Shown here one piece after another: positions 39,649-51,984 of a stretch of DNA of 64,000 nt (position 1 is its first letter; the number at the start of each line of letters is the position of its first letter). Origin of the DNA: an uncultured Thermodesulfobacteriota bacterium (GTDB lineage: Bacteria; Desulfobacterota; GWC2-55-46; JADFVP01); the NCBI GenBank assembly GCA_964567185.1, contig CAZMKZ010000003.1, positions 556 through 64,555 of the forward strand, given 5' to 3'. Below the pieces are notes generated by a model. The model was not told where the DNA came from, ran no database searches, and saw nothing but the letters and a program-made list of their open reading frames with translations. A program made the position numbers and the translations under genes.

Positions 39649-40464
39649 TCATGTATGGCGGGTTATGCTCTTTTTGCCCGTATCATCGGCATCAGCGGCG
39701 ACGCGGACCTTCTTTCTCCTTTCAATAAGCCAGACCACGGGGCCAGAGGCCGCGTAAGCGAAAAAGAGGATAAAGAGCGTAACAGGCGGTTCGGCCACTA
39801 TGACCACCATAACGAATATAAGCCCGACAAGGAGCCTGAAGGGCATCCTGCGTTTGAGATTAAGTTCTTTAAAGCTGTAAAACTTTATATTGCTAATCAT
39901 AAGGAAGGCGAGCATATATACAAGAAGAAGCACTGTTATATGCTTGGCCATTTCCTGTCCCTTGCCGAGGTAGAAAAAGAGAAGCACCGTAGAGGCCACA
40001 AGGGCCGCGGCCGCCGGTATGGGCAGACCGTTGAAGCGCTTGCTCTCTACCCTTGAAATCTGCACATTGAAACGCGCCAGCCTCAGGGCCCCGCATACAA
40101 CGTAGAGAAAGGCCGCGAGCCATCCGTAGCGTCCAAAGGGACGGAGCGCCCAGGTAAAAATGAGCACTCCCGGTGCAAGACCAAAGGCCACAAGATCGGC
40201 AAGCGAATCGTACTCCGCGCCGAACTTGCTCGTCGTGTGCGTAAGCCTCGCCAGCCTGCCGTCAAGACCATCAAGGGCGGCGGATATGAATATGGCGATT
40301 GCGGCGTGGTCGAACTTTCCGTCAAAACACGCCACTATGGCATAAAAGCCTCCGAGAAGGCTCATGCTTGTAAGGAGATTGGGAAGGAGAAAAATTCCCC
40401 TTTTCAGATTCTCTTTTTTAAGCCCCCTGCCCTTTGCGGGCCTTCGCAGCTCTCTGTCTTTCAT
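39649..40464 (-). CDS. pssA: CDP-diacylglycerol--serine O-phosphatidyltransferase (CDP-alcohol phosphatidyltransferase family)
   Basis: DGxxARxxxxxSxxGxxxDxxxD motif (ALDGLDGRLARLT...FGAEYDSLADLV). Confidence 0.8.
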   Translation of the reverse strand: MKDRELRRPAKGRGLKKENLKRGIFLLPNLLTSMSLLGGFYAIVACFDGKFDHAAIAIFISAALDGLDGRLARLTHTTSKFGAEYDSLADLVAFGLAPGVLIFTWALRPFGRYGWLAAFLYVVCGALRLARFNVQISRVESKRFNGLPIPAAAALVASTVLLFFYLGKGQEMAKHITVLLLVYMLAFLMISNIKFYSFKELNLKRRMPFRLLVGLIFVMVVIVAEPPVTLFILFFAYAASGPVVWLIERRKKVRVAADADDTGKKSITRHT

Positions 40465-41150
40465 GACCAGTACCCCAGAATTGAAGTGCCCGCTTTCACC
40501 TTATCGCCTTTTTTAACGGTAATACGTGAATTAGCGGGAAGATATACGTCAAGCCTTGAGCCGAACCTTATAAGACCGAACCTCTTGCCCCGGGTGATTT
40601 CCATGCCCTCACTCAGCCGGCATACGATACGCCTTGCCACAAGGCCGGCTATCTGATTAAAGACAAAGACCTGACCATCGGGGCCCGTGGCTATAACGGC
40701 GTTCTGCTCGTTTTCGAGGCTGGCCTTGTCGAGGTTGGCGGAGAAAAATTTCCCCGGGTTATAGATTATCTTACGGACCCGCCCCGAGGCAGGGGCCCTG
40801 TTGACATGAACGTTGAAGAGATTCATGAAGATACTTATCTTAATGGTCTCTGTATTCGTAAAGCGGCTGTCAAAGACCCTGTCAATAATTATTACCCGCC
40901 CGTCCGCAGGGCTGACTATTGAGGCGGGGTCCTCGGGGATATTTCTCCTCGGGTCCCTGAAAAAGGCCACTACAAAGATGAATATAGCAAAAAACAAGGC
41001 CCCTGCCAACCATGAGCGCGTACCCCAGAAAACAGCTATGGTGACAAGAAGGGCCAAAAGCATGAAGGGATAACCCTCAACGGCCAGAGGTATCTTCATG
41101 CAATCGCAATAATGGGCCTCTTTCTTTTCTCCTTCCGCGGCGCTTTTCAT
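40461..41150 (-). CDS. psd: Phosphatidylserine decarboxylase (short, archaeal-type family)
   Basis: About 215-229 aa with an N-terminal TM segment. It is co-operonic with and overlaps pssA. Confidence 0.65.
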   Translation of the reverse strand: MKSAAEGEKKEAHYCDCMKIPLAVEGYPFMLLALLVTIAVFWGTRSWLAGALFFAIFIFVVAFFRDPRRNIPEDPASIVSPADGRVIIIDRVFDSRFTNTETIKISIFMNLFNVHVNRAPASGRVRKIIYNPGKFFSANLDKASLENEQNAVIATGPDGQVFVFNQIAGLVARRIVCRLSEGMEITRGKRFGLIRFGSRLDVYLPANSRITVKKGDKVKAGTSILGYWS

Positions 41151-41163
41151 ATCGGAAGAGAGA

Positions 41164-42204
<1,041 letters not shown>

Positions 42205-42274
42205 TCAAAACTCATCAAAAAGGCCCATGCCCCGAGTTCCAAAGGGCCGTTGGACCGTAAGATGAGGAATGACT

Positions 42275-42772
42275 CTATCTCTGTTTCGGGCTTCTGGCTA
42301 CAACGAGGCTTCCGGTGCGCGCGATTTCCTTTATGCCGAATGGGCGCAGGAGATCTGTAATAGCCCTTATCTTATCGCAGTCTCCGGTTATTTCTATGGT
42401 ATAGCTCCTGTGGCTGATATCCACGATTCTACCCCTGAAAATCTCCACTATGCTCAGTATCTCCGCCCTGTTCTCCGTCTTTGAGGAGACCTTTATCATG
42501 GCGAGTTCACGCTCGATATGCTCCTCAGCGGTAAAGTCATGGACCTTTATAACGCTTATGAGCTTATTGAGCTGTTTGGTTATCTGCTCAAGGACCTTAT
42601 CGTTGCCCCTTGTTATAATGGTCATGCGCGATACAGAGGGGTCCAGCGTCTCGGCCACTGTAAGGGACTCAATATTAAAGCCCCGTCCCGAAAAGAGACC
42701 CGAAATCCTTGAGAGCACACCGAATTCATTTGTAACAAGCACGGAAATAGTATGACGCAATCTATCCTCCAC
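42275..42772 (-). CDS. ilvN: Acetolactate synthase small (regulatory) subunit
   Basis: ACT domain HTISVLVTNEFGVLSRISGLFSGRGFNIESLTV. Confidence 0.9.
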   Translation of the reverse strand: MEDRLRHTISVLVTNEFGVLSRISGLFSGRGFNIESLTVAETLDPSVSRMTIITRGNDKVLEQITKQLNKLISVIKVHDFTAEEHIERELAMIKVSSKTENRAEILSIVEIFRGRIVDISHRSYTIEITGDCDKIRAITDLLRPFGIKEIARTGSLVVARSPKQR

Positions 42773-42797
42773 GTTAAATATACATTGTCAGGAGAGA

Positions 42798-44507
42798 CTA
42801 TACAAGGAGCATCTTGTTAAGGGGTTGACCTGCCGGCACCATGGGGTAAACCCCCTCGAAAGGCTCGACGCGGAAATCAATGATAACAGGTCTGTCTTTT
42901 ATCTTGAGGGCCTTCTTTATCACCTTCTCCACATCAGCCGTCTCCGTCACCTTGAAGCCGGCCGCCCCGTATGCCTCGGCGAGTTTTACGTAATCCGGGG
43001 CCACGGACATGCATGTATGGGAGTATCTCTTGTCATAGAAGAGTTCCTGCCATTGTCTTACCATGCCCAGGACCATGTTGTTGAGTATGGCCACGATTAC
43101 GGGTAGCCTGTACTGAACGGCCGTGGCAATCTCCTGTATGTTCATCTGTATGGAGCCGTCTCCCGCTATATCGATTACGGTCTTTCGCGGAAAGGCAATC
43201 TGTGCGCCTATGGCCGCGGGAAAGCCGTAGCCCATGGTTCCGAGGCCGCCCGAGGTGAGAAAGGTGCGCGGTTTATCGAACTTGAAAAACTGCGCGGCCC
43301 ACATCTGATTCTGCCCGACCTCGGTGGTGATTATGGCGTCGCCTTTAGTTGCCTCGTAGAGCTTTTCCACTACATACTGGGGTTTTATCCTCTCCCCCGG
43401 GGTCCTGTCATAGGTAAGGCTGTGCTCGGAACTCCACTTGGCGATTTCATCGCTCCATGGCCGCGTATTCTCCTTGAACTTTTTCAGCTGAGCGGCCTTT
43501 GGCAGGGCCTTGAGCAGGTCATTAAGGACCTTCTTCACGTCTCCCACTATGGGTATATCCACCTTTACGTTCTTGCTGATGGACGTGGGGTCTATGTCGA
43601 TATGCACCACCCCGGCATAAGGGGCGAACTCGGCTATCTTGCCCGTGACCCTGTCATCAAAACGGGAGCCTATGGCGATAAGGCAATCCGTGTCCGTTAC
43701 GGCCATGTTGGCCGTATAGGTTCCGTGCATGCCGAGCATGCCGAGAAAGAGCGGGTGCGTGCCGGGAAAGCCGCCAAGCCCCATGAGCGTTGTGGTTGTG
43801 GGCAGGCCCAGCTTTTCAGAAAATTTTGTAAGCTCCTTTGAGGCGTTTGAGAGGAGCACACCTCCGCCTGCGTATACGACGGGCCTCTTTGACTTCAATA
43901 TGAAATCAAGGGCCTTCTTCACCTGCCCGGGATGCCCCTTGTATGTGGGCTGATAACTGAGTATGCTCACCTTCTCGGGGTAGTCGAAGGCTATTTTGGC
44001 AGTAAAGATATCCTTGGGGATATCCACAAGCACGGGACCGGGCCTTCCTGTGGTGGCTATATAAAAGGCCTCCTTGATGATGGTGGCGAGGTCCGCGATG
44101 TCCTTTACAAGGTAATTATGCTTTGTGCAGGGCCTTGTAATGCCCACGATGTCGGCCTCCTGAAAGGCATCATTGCCTATGAGGGCAGAGGGGACCTGTC
44201 CACTGAAGACGACCATGGGTATGGAGTCCATATACGCCGTGGCAATGCCCGTAACCGTATTGGTGGCGCCCGGCCCCGAGGTTACGAGGACAACGCCGGG
44301 TTTGCCCGAAACCCTGGCGTAGCCGTCGGCCATATGCACGGCGCCCTGCTCATGGCGGACCAGTATATGCTCGATGGGCGCGTCGTAAAGCACATCATAT
44401 ACGGGGAGCACCGCGCCGCCAGGAAAGCCGAAGATAGTCTTTACGCCTTCTTTTTTCAGACACTCAATTAATATCTCGGCGCCTGTAATCATCTTGTTTT
44501 TTGTCAT
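42798..44507 (-). CDS. ilvB: Acetolactate synthase large subunit (TPP-dependent)
   Basis: TPP-binding GDG...N motif and AHAS family features. Confidence 0.9.
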   Translation of the reverse strand: MTKNKMITGAEILIECLKKEGVKTIFGFPGGAVLPVYDVLYDAPIEHILVRHEQGAVHMADGYARVSGKPGVVLVTSGPGATNTVTGIATAYMDSIPMVVFSGQVPSALIGNDAFQEADIVGITRPCTKHNYLVKDIADLATIIKEAFYIATTGRPGPVLVDIPKDIFTAKIAFDYPEKVSILSYQPTYKGHPGQVKKALDFILKSKRPVVYAGGGVLLSNASKELTKFSEKLGLPTTTTLMGLGGFPGTHPLFLGMLGMHGTYTANMAVTDTDCLIAIGSRFDDRVTGKIAEFAPYAGVVHIDIDPTSISKNVKVDIPIVGDVKKVLNDLLKALPKAAQLKKFKENTRPWSDEIAKWSSEHSLTYDRTPGERIKPQYVVEKLYEATKGDAIITTEVGQNQMWAAQFFKFDKPRTFLTSGGLGTMGYGFPAAIGAQIAFPRKTVIDIAGDGSIQMNIQEIATAVQYRLPVIVAILNNMVLGMVRQWQELFYDKRYSHTCMSVAPDYVKLAEAYGAAGFKVTETADVEKVIKKALKIKDRPVIIDFRVEPFEGVYPMVPAGQPLNKMLLV

Positions 44508-44691
44508 AATAGTTCAATCCTCTTTGCGGTAAGAAAAAAGCCCCGGCTCATGTAATAACACTTCCAACGGCTTTATCATAGCCCTTAATAACCTCACCCG
44601 TTATTCCCGTTTTTCAGGGTTAAAACCCCATCATCGCCCTGAAGCATACCCCCCCAAAGCGTCCACCCTGCAGTCGAGCACCATCAGGCCT

Positions 44692-46362
44692 CTATTTCTG
44701 CACGGCTCCGGTGTTGGCGGAGGTGACGTTGCGGGCGTACCTGCTTAACCATCCCGTCTTTATCTTCGGGGCCGGGGCCTTCCATGCCTTGCGCCGCCTC
44801 TCAAGGTCCCCTGGCGCTACCCTTAGCTGAAGGCTTCTTTTATGAATATCCATCTCTATGAGGTCGCCTTCTTTTACAAGGGCTATGGGACCGCCCTCCA
44901 TGGCCTCGGGGGAGATATGCCCTATGCAGGGCCCACGTGTGCCGCCCGAAAACCTTCCGTCCGTAAGAAGGGCCACGGAGTCGCCAAGGCCCATGCCCAT
45001 GAGCGTGGCCGTGGGTGAGAGCATCTCCCGCATACCCGGGCCGCCCTTTGGCCCCTCATACCGTATGACAATGCAATCGCCCTTTTTAATATCTTTTTTA
45101 AGTATTGCCTTCATGGCCTTCTCTTCAGAGTCAAAGACACGGGCCCGTCCTGAAAACCTCATCATGGCGCTGCTTACGCCGGACTGCTTGACCACGGCGC
45201 CAAGGGGCGCGAGGTTGCCCTTTAATATGGCTATGCCGCCTTCCTTGTGATAGGGCCTCTTCAGGGGCCGCAGGACATTGTCGTCTATGTAATCGCACGC
45301 CGAGGCAATGGCCTTGATACGCCTGCCGGAAACCGTGGGGTTATCCTTAAGGGAATCCTTGAGCCTTGAGAGCACCGCGCCTATGCCGCCCGCCCAGTGC
45401 AGGTCTTCCATGTAATAGTCGCCAACAGGCTCTAATGAGGCGATATGCGGCGTGGTCTTGCTTATGGTATCAAATAGCTCAAGGGGCAGTTCTACTCCCG
45501 CCTCATGGGCTATGGCAAGGAGATGGAGTACCGTATTGGTTGAGCCGCCGAGGGCAAGGTCTACCCTGATGGCGTTCTCAAAGGCGGCCCTTGTGAGAAT
45601 CTTGCGGGGCGTCACCTTCTTCTGCACAAGCTCAACTATTTTCACGCCGCTCTCAAAGGCGATTCTTCTTTTTTCAGCCGAGCCCGCCAGGGCCGTTCCG
45701 CACCAGGGAAGGCTCATGCCCATGGCCTCGGTAAGGCAATTCATGGTATTGGCCGTATAAAGCCCCTGACAGCTTCCCGCTCCGGGGCAGGCGCCCATCT
45801 CACAGGCGTTGAGCTCATCGGCGCTTATCTCGCCGTTCTTGAAGCGGCCCATGGCCTCGAATGTATTGCGTATGAGAGAGAGCTTCTTGCCCCTGTACCT
45901 TCCGGTCATCATGGGACCGGCCGAGACGATTATTGAGGGTATGTTGAGCCGCGCCGCGGCCATGAGCATACCCGGGCTTATCTTATCGCAGTTTGTGAGA
46001 AATACCATGCCGTCAAGGGCATGGCCCTCGGCCACGCTTTCAACGAGGTCGGCGATAAGGTCGCGCAGCGGCAATGAATAGTGCATGCCCTTGTGCCCCA
46101 TGGCGATGCCGTCGCAGACGCCGGGCAACCCGAAGATAAAGGGATAGCCTCCGCCCGTATGAATGCCTTTTTCAATAAAACGCTCAAGGTCTCTCATGCC
46201 GATATGGCCGGGTATGAGGTCCGTAAAGCTGGATGCAAGGCCGATAAAGGGTTTGTTCATCTCTTTTTTAGGCACGCCTGTGGCGTACATCAGGGCCCTG
46301 TGGGGCACCCTCTCCAGACCTTTCTTAATCCTGTCGCTTCTCTGACTCATTCCTGTGACCAT
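44692..46362 (-). CDS. ilvD: Dihydroxy-acid dehydratase
   Basis: ILVD/EDD family motifs: CDKISPG and the [17 protein letters not shown]-terminal region. Confidence 0.9.
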   Translation of the reverse strand: MVTGMSQRSDRIKKGLERVPHRALMYATGVPKKEMNKPFIGLASSFTDLIPGHIGMRDLERFIEKGIHTGGGYPFIFGLPGVCDGIAMGHKGMHYSLPLRDLIADLVESVAEGHALDGMVFLTNCDKISPGMLMAAARLNIPSIIVSAGPMMTGRYRGKKLSLIRNTFEAMGRFKNGEISADELNACEMGACPGAGSCQGLYTANTMNCLTEAMGMSLPWCGTALAGSAEKRRIAFESGVKIVELVQKKVTPRKILTRAAFENAIRVDLALGGSTNTVLHLLAIAHEAGVELPLELFDTISKTTPHIASLEPVGDYYMEDLHWAGGIGAVLSRLKDSLKDNPTVSGRRIKAIASACDYIDDNVLRPLKRPYHKEGGIAILKGNLAPLGAVVKQSGVSSAMMRFSGRARVFDSEEKAMKAILKKDIKKGDCIVIRYEGPKGGPGMREMLSPTATLMGMGLGDSVALLTDGRFSGGTRGPCIGHISPEAMEGGPIALVKEGDLIEMDIHKRSLQLRVAPGDLERRRKAWKAPAPKIKTGWLSRYARNVTSANTGAVQK

Positions 46363-46626
46363 CCTCCGGGCCCCATTGGGGCCTCTTTTAGCGCGGTGTC
46401 TTGATAGCGCAAAAAATCCTCTTCATTGCGTGGCTTCTTATGTACACGGACCCGAGAAAAGTCGTTCACCTGCAGGTCCATTTACCGGCCTCGCAAAAAA
46501 AAATTTCTCGGCGTTATTCTGTCAATACCTCTGCCGGGGCGAGAGGGCCGCTCACCGGCACCACAGACATTTAAACGGCAGAGACTCTACTCACATATTC
46601 GCCGGAAAAAAAAGCCCCTTCCCTGT

Positions 46627-46848
46627 TTAGCCCTCCATTGCCTCTATAAGCATCTTTTCCATATCATCCTTGAGGGCGAGCTTCAGCTTCTTGAGCCTCT
46701 TTTCCTCAAGCCTCTCTTCGCTGTTTAATATGCCTTTTTTTTCCAACTCGCAGACTCTCTGCTTGTATCCTTTATGCTCGTTATAGGCTTTTTTAAATGC
46801 CTCGTTTTCCTCCAGAAGTCTTTCCACAAGTTCTGTCTGCTCCAGCAT
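46627..46848 (-). CDS. DUF465 (YdcH-like) family protein
   Basis: A 73-aa coiled-coil protein: ERLLEENEAFKKAYNEHKGYKQRVCELEKKG. Confidence 0.5.
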   Translation of the reverse strand: MLEQTELVERLLEENEAFKKAYNEHKGYKQRVCELEKKGILNSEERLEEKRLKKLKLALKDDMEKMLIEAMEG

Positions 46849-47000
46849 GGCGCCTCCTTAAACTCAAGTAATAATAAAGATAAAACTCCCATATGGGCGA
46901 TGGGAATTAAAAGAGAGAAATAAACCTTCTCGATAGTTGTGAACCTGGTTCAGTTATAATAACTTACAAGAAAAGCCTTGTCAACATGACAGTGGCCCTA

Positions 47001-47702
47001 TTAGCCGTTGCCGCGGGCCTTGAGCCTTATCTCGGCCTCTGATTTTCTGAGATAAAATGGGGCCAGCGCAAGGGCCGTAGTTGACTCGGCCCCCCTCGCC
47101 CCGGCAAGAGCCGCGACATTGTATGCCCTCACAATCCAAAGCGGCTCCGGGGCCAGAACAGCGCCCTTGCGGCCCTTCTGAATAAGCTCACCGTATACGC
47201 AGAGGCCGTTACCGAGAAAGATTACAGGGCCCGACTCGGGGCAGAGGGCGTTGAGGTTCTCAAAAAGGGCCTCCGGTCTTATGGAGACGGGCTCCATAAG
47301 GACCTCGGCCTCTCCGTTCTTAAAGGTATAAAGCGCCGTGTAGACCTCGGACTTTCTTGCGTCGAGTATGGGGCATACGGGCACGCCGGCAGTAGCGGCG
47401 TTCATGGCAAGGGCTCTAAGGGTGGAGACAGGGGCGACGGGCTTATCAAGGGACCAGGCAAGGCCCTTTATGGTAGTCAAACCAATGCGCAGCCCCGTAA
47501 AGGAGCCCGGTCCCGCCGTGGCGGCATAGAGGTCTATCTCATTAAGGGTTATGCCGTTAGAGGCGCAGATTCCGGCGATATTACCAGGTAGCCAGCCCGC
47601 ATGAGGACCGGCGTCGCCAACAGTGCGTTCGGCCACGAGCCGTCCCCTGTCCACAAGCGCGATGCTTCCGGACCTTCCCGATGTATCAATGGCGAGGATC
47701 AA
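47001..47702 (-). CDS. tsaB: tRNA threonylcarbamoyladenosine biosynthesis protein TsaB
   Basis: MILAIDTSGRSGSIAL. Confidence 0.85.
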   Translation of the reverse strand: MILAIDTSGRSGSIALVDRGRLVAERTVGDAGPHAGWLPGNIAGICASNGITLNEIDLYAATAGPGSFTGLRIGLTTIKGLAWSLDKPVAPVSTLRALAMNAATAGVPVCPILDARKSEVYTALYTFKNGEAEVLMEPVSIRPEALFENLNALCPESGPVIFLGNGLCVYGELIQKGRKGAVLAPEPLWIVRAYNVAALAGARGAESTTALALAPFYLRKSEAEIRLKARGNG

Positions 47703-47751
47703 AACTGAAGTCCCTTTTGCGCAGACGAGGCCCGCCTTTTCTCATTGAGCC

Positions 47752-49053
47752 TCAACTGAAGATACGAAATATATCGTTATAGGTGACAAGCACCATGAGG
47801 CTTATGATAAGGGCTATGCCTATCTGCTGTGCTATGCCCATGAACCTGTCGCTGAGGGGCCGTCCCTTTATGGACTCCACGGCAAGAAACATGATATGGC
47901 CGCCGTCAAGCACGGGTATGGGAAAGAGGTTGATTATTCCGAGCTGAAGGCTCAGGAAGGCCACAAGAGAGAGTATGTCCGAGAGCCCCTCATGGGCGGC
48001 CCTGCCCGCCACCTGCGCTATCATTATGGGACCGCCCAGGGTCTTGAGGGAGTATTGCCCCACGATAAGGCCCTTTATGACGACAAAGAGCTTTTCCGTC
48101 ATCTCCACGGAGGCGGAGAGCCCCTTTACTATGGATTCACTGACCCCGTATTTTTTAAGCGCCCGTTCTTCCTCTCTTGATACGCCTATAAGAAACCTCT
48201 TGCCGTCATCGGCGGCACGCGGGGTTATATCCACATCAAAGGTCTTTTCGCCCCTTTTTATGGTAAAGCGTTTGCTGGCCGCGTCCTTGCTTACAAGGGA
48301 TTCGAGCTCAATCCAGTGCGTTATGGAGTGCCCGTTCACGGAAAGTATCTCATCACCCGCCCTTAAACCGGCCTTGTAAGCCGGGTAGCCCTTGTTGACA
48401 GTGCTGATGACAGGGCGCATGGGCGGCAATACCCCTATGGTACCGGCTCCCGTCTTTGCAGATGTATCGGGATTTACAGTGGCCTCAACGACTTTACCGT
48501 CCCTTTTTATGGAAAGCCTCAGTGTGCTCTCAGGATTCATGGCAGTTATGCTTATGAAGTCCTGCCAGGTCTTAACGGGTTTGTTGTCTACAAGCTTTAT
48601 GATATCGCCTTTTTTCAAGCCCGCCTTCTGTGCCGGGCTATCAACAAAAACATAACCCACGGCAGTGGGCCTTTCAAGATAGGCCGGGACCTCGATGCCT
48701 ATGATATAGATAAGCGGAAGCAGTATAAAGGCCAGGATAAGGTTCATCACAGGCCCTGCGGCTACTATGGCCGCCCTGTTAAGGGGGCTTTTTGCCGTAA
48801 AGGACCTCTTTTTATCCTCTTCCGATATCTCCTCACCCGGGGCCTCGCCTATCATCTTCACATAACCGCCAAGGGGCAGAAGGCTCAGCATATACTCGGT
48901 CTCGCCTTTTTTCACGCCTATCAGCTTTGGGCCGAAACCAAGTGAAAACTTCTCTACCTTGATGTTGCTTAACTTGGCGACGACAAAATGGCCGAACTCA
49001 TGAATAAAGACGAGAACGCCAAGCACTATGACAAAGGAAATTACTGTAACCAT
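47752..49053 (-). CDS. rseP: RIP metalloprotease RseP (site-2 protease, M50) with PDZ domains
   Basis: HEFGHF zinc motif and a C-terminal LDGG motif. Confidence 0.85.
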   Translation of the reverse strand: MVTVISFVIVLGVLVFIHEFGHFVVAKLSNIKVEKFSLGFGPKLIGVKKGETEYMLSLLPLGGYVKMIGEAPGEEISEEDKKRSFTAKSPLNRAAIVAAGPVMNLILAFILLPLIYIIGIEVPAYLERPTAVGYVFVDSPAQKAGLKKGDIIKLVDNKPVKTWQDFISITAMNPESTLRLSIKRDGKVVEATVNPDTSAKTGAGTIGVLPPMRPVISTVNKGYPAYKAGLRAGDEILSVNGHSITHWIELESLVSKDAASKRFTIKRGEKTFDVDITPRAADDGKRFLIGVSREEERALKKYGVSESIVKGLSASVEMTEKLFVVIKGLIVGQYSLKTLGGPIMIAQVAGRAAHEGLSDILSLVAFLSLQLGIINLFPIPVLDGGHIMFLAVESIKGRPLSDRFMGIAQQIGIALIISLMVLVTYNDIFRIFS

Positions 49054-49061
49054 AATTGTTA

Positions 49062-50222
49062 TTACCTCAAGGTTCTGATAATTTCACGGGCCTTTGCCCT
49101 TGCCTCGTTATCGGCGGCTAAAACATCGCCTATGGCAGTGACCTTACCCGATGTGCAGGAGCAAAGCACGTGGTCTATTACCCTGTATATGTCTATAAAT
49201 CCAATTTCCCCGTTTAAAAAGCACTCTACTGCCACCTCGTCCGCGGCGTTCAGTACGGCCGGGGCCGTGCCGCCTATGCGCAGGGCCCCGTAGGCAAGAC
49301 CGAGACAGGGGAATTTCTCAAGGTCCGGGGCGAAAAAATCAAGAGAAAGCCCGTTAAGACTCAGCGGCTCCATGGCGTCGCTTATCCTCTCCGGGTAACC
49401 GAGGGCGTAGGCTATGGGTCCCTTCATGTCCGCGACTCCCATCTGCGAGATAATGGAGCCGTCAACGTACTCCACCATGGAGTGTACTATGCTCTGCGGA
49501 TGGATGGAGACGGATATCCTGTCGGCGGGAAAACCGAAGAGCCAGCTCGCCTCTATGACCTCAAGGCCCTTGTTTACGAGTGTGGCGGAATCAATGGTCA
49601 CTTTTTTGCCCATGGACCATCTCGGATGGTTCAGGGCCTGCTCGGGTGTAACGGAGCCGAGGTCTATATTTTTGGCGTTAAAAAAAGGCCCTCCCGAAGC
49701 CGTAAGTATTATCCGCCGCACGTCGCTTGACCTGTGACCGGCCAGCGACTGAAAGAGCGCGCTGTGCTCGCTGTCAACGGGCAGTATGTTTGCGCCGGTC
49801 CTTTTCGCCGTCTCCATTACAAGGGCCCCGGCGGCCACCATTGTCTCCTTGTTGGCAAGGGCTATCTGCTTGCCGGCCTCTACGGCGGCCATGGTGGGCA
49901 CAAGCCCCGCGGCCCCGGATATGGCGGCTACCACACAATCGGCCCCATCCATGGACGCTACCGCGCAGGCGCCGCCGGCGCCTGCGCCTACCTCTACCCT
50001 GCCCTTAAAGCAGGACTCAATCTCACTGGCGTCGCCGGCGTCAAGTACCGAGACATAAGCGGGGCTGAACTCCTCTATCTGAGCCTTCAGGAGCTTTATA
50101 TTACGGCCCGCCGAGAGCCCCCTCACAGCGAACCTCCCGGGGTTGGCGCGCACCACATCAAGGGTACTGCGGCCTATGGAGCCCGTTGACCCCAGTATGG
50201 AAAGAGACTTCTGTGAACCCAT
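49062..50222 (-). CDS. dxr: 1-deoxy-D-xylulose 5-phosphate reductoisomerase
   Basis: LSILGSTGSIGRSTLDV NADPH-binding N-terminus. Confidence 0.9.
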   Translation of the reverse strand: MGSQKSLSILGSTGSIGRSTLDVVRANPGRFAVRGLSAGRNIKLLKAQIEEFSPAYVSVLDAGDASEIESCFKGRVEVGAGAGGACAVASMDGADCVVAAISGAAGLVPTMAAVEAGKQIALANKETMVAAGALVMETAKRTGANILPVDSEHSALFQSLAGHRSSDVRRIILTASGGPFFNAKNIDLGSVTPEQALNHPRWSMGKKVTIDSATLVNKGLEVIEASWLFGFPADRISVSIHPQSIVHSMVEYVDGSIISQMGVADMKGPIAYALGYPERISDAMEPLSLNGLSLDFFAPDLEKFPCLGLAYGALRIGGTAPAVLNAADEVAVECFLNGEIGFIDIYRVIDHVLCSCTSGKVTAIGDVLAADNEARAKAREIIRTLR

Positions 50223-50274
50223 TAAAAGAACGCCCCCATCTCCTGTATGCTAAAAGACATAATTTAATAGTATC

Positions 50275-50985
50275 CTATATTTTAAGGTATATTGCCAGCA
50301 TATAAATGGCGGGCAGGGAAAAGAACATGCTGTCTATCCTGTCCAGTATGCCGCCGTGTCCCGGCACTATGGTCCCCGAGTCCTTCACCCCGGCGCCCCT
50401 TTTTATGACGGACTCGGAGAGGTCTCCGGCGATACCGAGGACCCCGGTGACAAGGGCGATAACAACTATGCCGCCGTAGCCGGTAAGAGGCGCCATGGCG
50501 TTAAAAACAAGGGCGGCCACGATGCCGGATGCCAGCCCCCCTACGGCCCCCTCAATGGTTTTACCCGGACTTATGGAGGGGCAGAGCTTATGGCGGCCAA
50601 GGGCCTTGCCGAAGACATAGGCAAAGGAATCGTTACACCAGATTACGGTGAGGAAAAAAAGTATCCACCACCTTCCAAGCGGAGCGTGAAAGAGGAGTAT
50701 GAAGTAGGATAGCGGAAGGCTTATATATACGAGCCCCGTTGTCTTCAAGGCCGTCTCGGGCAGAATTTGCCTGAAGTTCTTTACACCGGGGAGGGCCGAG
50801 AATAAAAAGACAAAGAACGCGGCTATAAAAAGCCCCGGCGAGGCCCCCTGTCCGGAGTGATGGTAAACGCAGAGCGGCACGACAAGGCCTATAATAGAAG
50901 GCAGTACGCCGCCTCTGCCGCCGGTTATGAGGGAGCTTATCCTGTTGTACTCAAGGAGCGCAAGAAAGGTAAGGGCCATCACCAC
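50275..50985 (-). CDS. cdsA: Phosphatidate cytidylyltransferase
   Basis: C-terminal signature SVIKRGAGVKDSGTIVPGHGGILDRIDS. Confidence 0.9.
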   Translation of the reverse strand: MVMALTFLALLEYNRISSLITGGRGGVLPSIIGLVVPLCVYHHSGQGASPGLFIAAFFVFLFSALPGVKNFRQILPETALKTTGLVYISLPLSYFILLFHAPLGRWWILFFLTVIWCNDSFAYVFGKALGRHKLCPSISPGKTIEGAVGGLASGIVAALVFNAMAPLTGYGGIVVIALVTGVLGIAGDLSESVIKRGAGVKDSGTIVPGHGGILDRIDSMFFSLPAIYMLAIYLKI

Positions 50986-51135
50986 AAGAAGTATGAGGAC
51001 AGACGGGCCATAGAGTACGAGCGCTACTACGGCAGGAATGAGTAAAAAGGCTGTGGCTACCCTTTTCAGTGTCGCCTCCCCCGCTCTCGCGAAGTGTGCC
51101 TCATGACAACGTGAATTGATTTCAATGGAGATATA

Positions 51136-51882
51136 TTAAAGAAGCGCGCCGACCTTTTCTTTCACAAGGCCGAAGCGCCGTTCACGCTGATGATAGTCGC
51201 GAATGGCATTCGTGAGGTGCTCTCTGGAAAAGTCCGGCCAGAGCACATCCGTTATATGAATCTCCGTATAGGCGAGCTGCCAGAGGAGAAAATTACTTAT
51301 CCTGCTCTCGCCGCTTGTCCTGATGAGAAGATCGGGGTCCGGCACTCCTGCCGTGTAAAGCCCCTCACTGAAGATATCTTCCGTAATATCTTCCGCCTTA
51401 ATCTGTCCCTTCGCCGCCTTTTCCACAAGTATCTTCGCCGCGCGTATTATCTCATCACGTCCGCTGTAACTGAGCGCGAGCTGAAGGTACATATCGGTAA
51501 ATGAGGCCGTCTTCTTTTCGAGCCCTTCGATTGCCCCGCGCACGTTTACCGGCAGTTCCGCGATATTGCCTATTGCCTTGAAGCGTATCCTGTTGTTCAG
51601 AAAGAGGTCCTCGTCTTTTTTCAGATGTTTCTCAAGAAGACGCATGAGAAAGCCCACTTCCTCGGCAGGACGCTGCCAGTTTTCCCTTGAAAAGGTGTAG
51701 AGCGTAAGATACTTGACGCCAAGCTCCCTGCAGCAGGTCACAATGTCTCTAACGACCTCGATGCCTTTTTTGTGGCCGTTAATCCTGTTGAGGAGCCTTT
51801 TACGCGCCCAGCGGCCATTGCCGTCCATTATGATGGCTATATGACGAGGCGGCTCCATTTGAGTAAAATCATTCATCTTCAT
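51136..51882 (-). CDS. uppS: Undecaprenyl-diphosphate synthase (cis-prenyltransferase)
   Basis: HIAIIMDGNGRWA. The start is probably at MKMNDF and the ORF track extends to 51942. Confidence 0.9.
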   Translation of the reverse strand: MKMNDFTQMEPPRHIAIIMDGNGRWARKRLLNRINGHKKGIEVVRDIVTCCRELGVKYLTLYTFSRENWQRPAEEVGFLMRLLEKHLKKDEDLFLNNRIRFKAIGNIAELPVNVRGAIEGLEKKTASFTDMYLQLALSYSGRDEIIRAAKILVEKAAKGQIKAEDITEDIFSEGLYTAGVPDPDLLIRTSGESRISNFLLWQLAYTEIHITDVLWPDFSREHLTNAIRDYHQRERRFGLVKEKVGALL

Positions 51883-51984
51883 ACGCCTTTGATAATATGG
51901 AAGAGAAAAGGGCCGCAGGCAATAAAGGTGCTCCGTGCACAATTACATCACCATATACAAAAAAAACGCCACGTGCGGGCAAGC

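Noticed and set aside
46362-46627. A possible branched-chain amino acid attenuator or leader peptide upstream of ilvD. On the minus strand there is a 12-codon [15 protein letters not shown] and several hairpins.
   Set aside because: The peptide is not enriched in Ile, Leu or Val codon runs, and no clear terminator/antiterminator alternative could be traced by eye.
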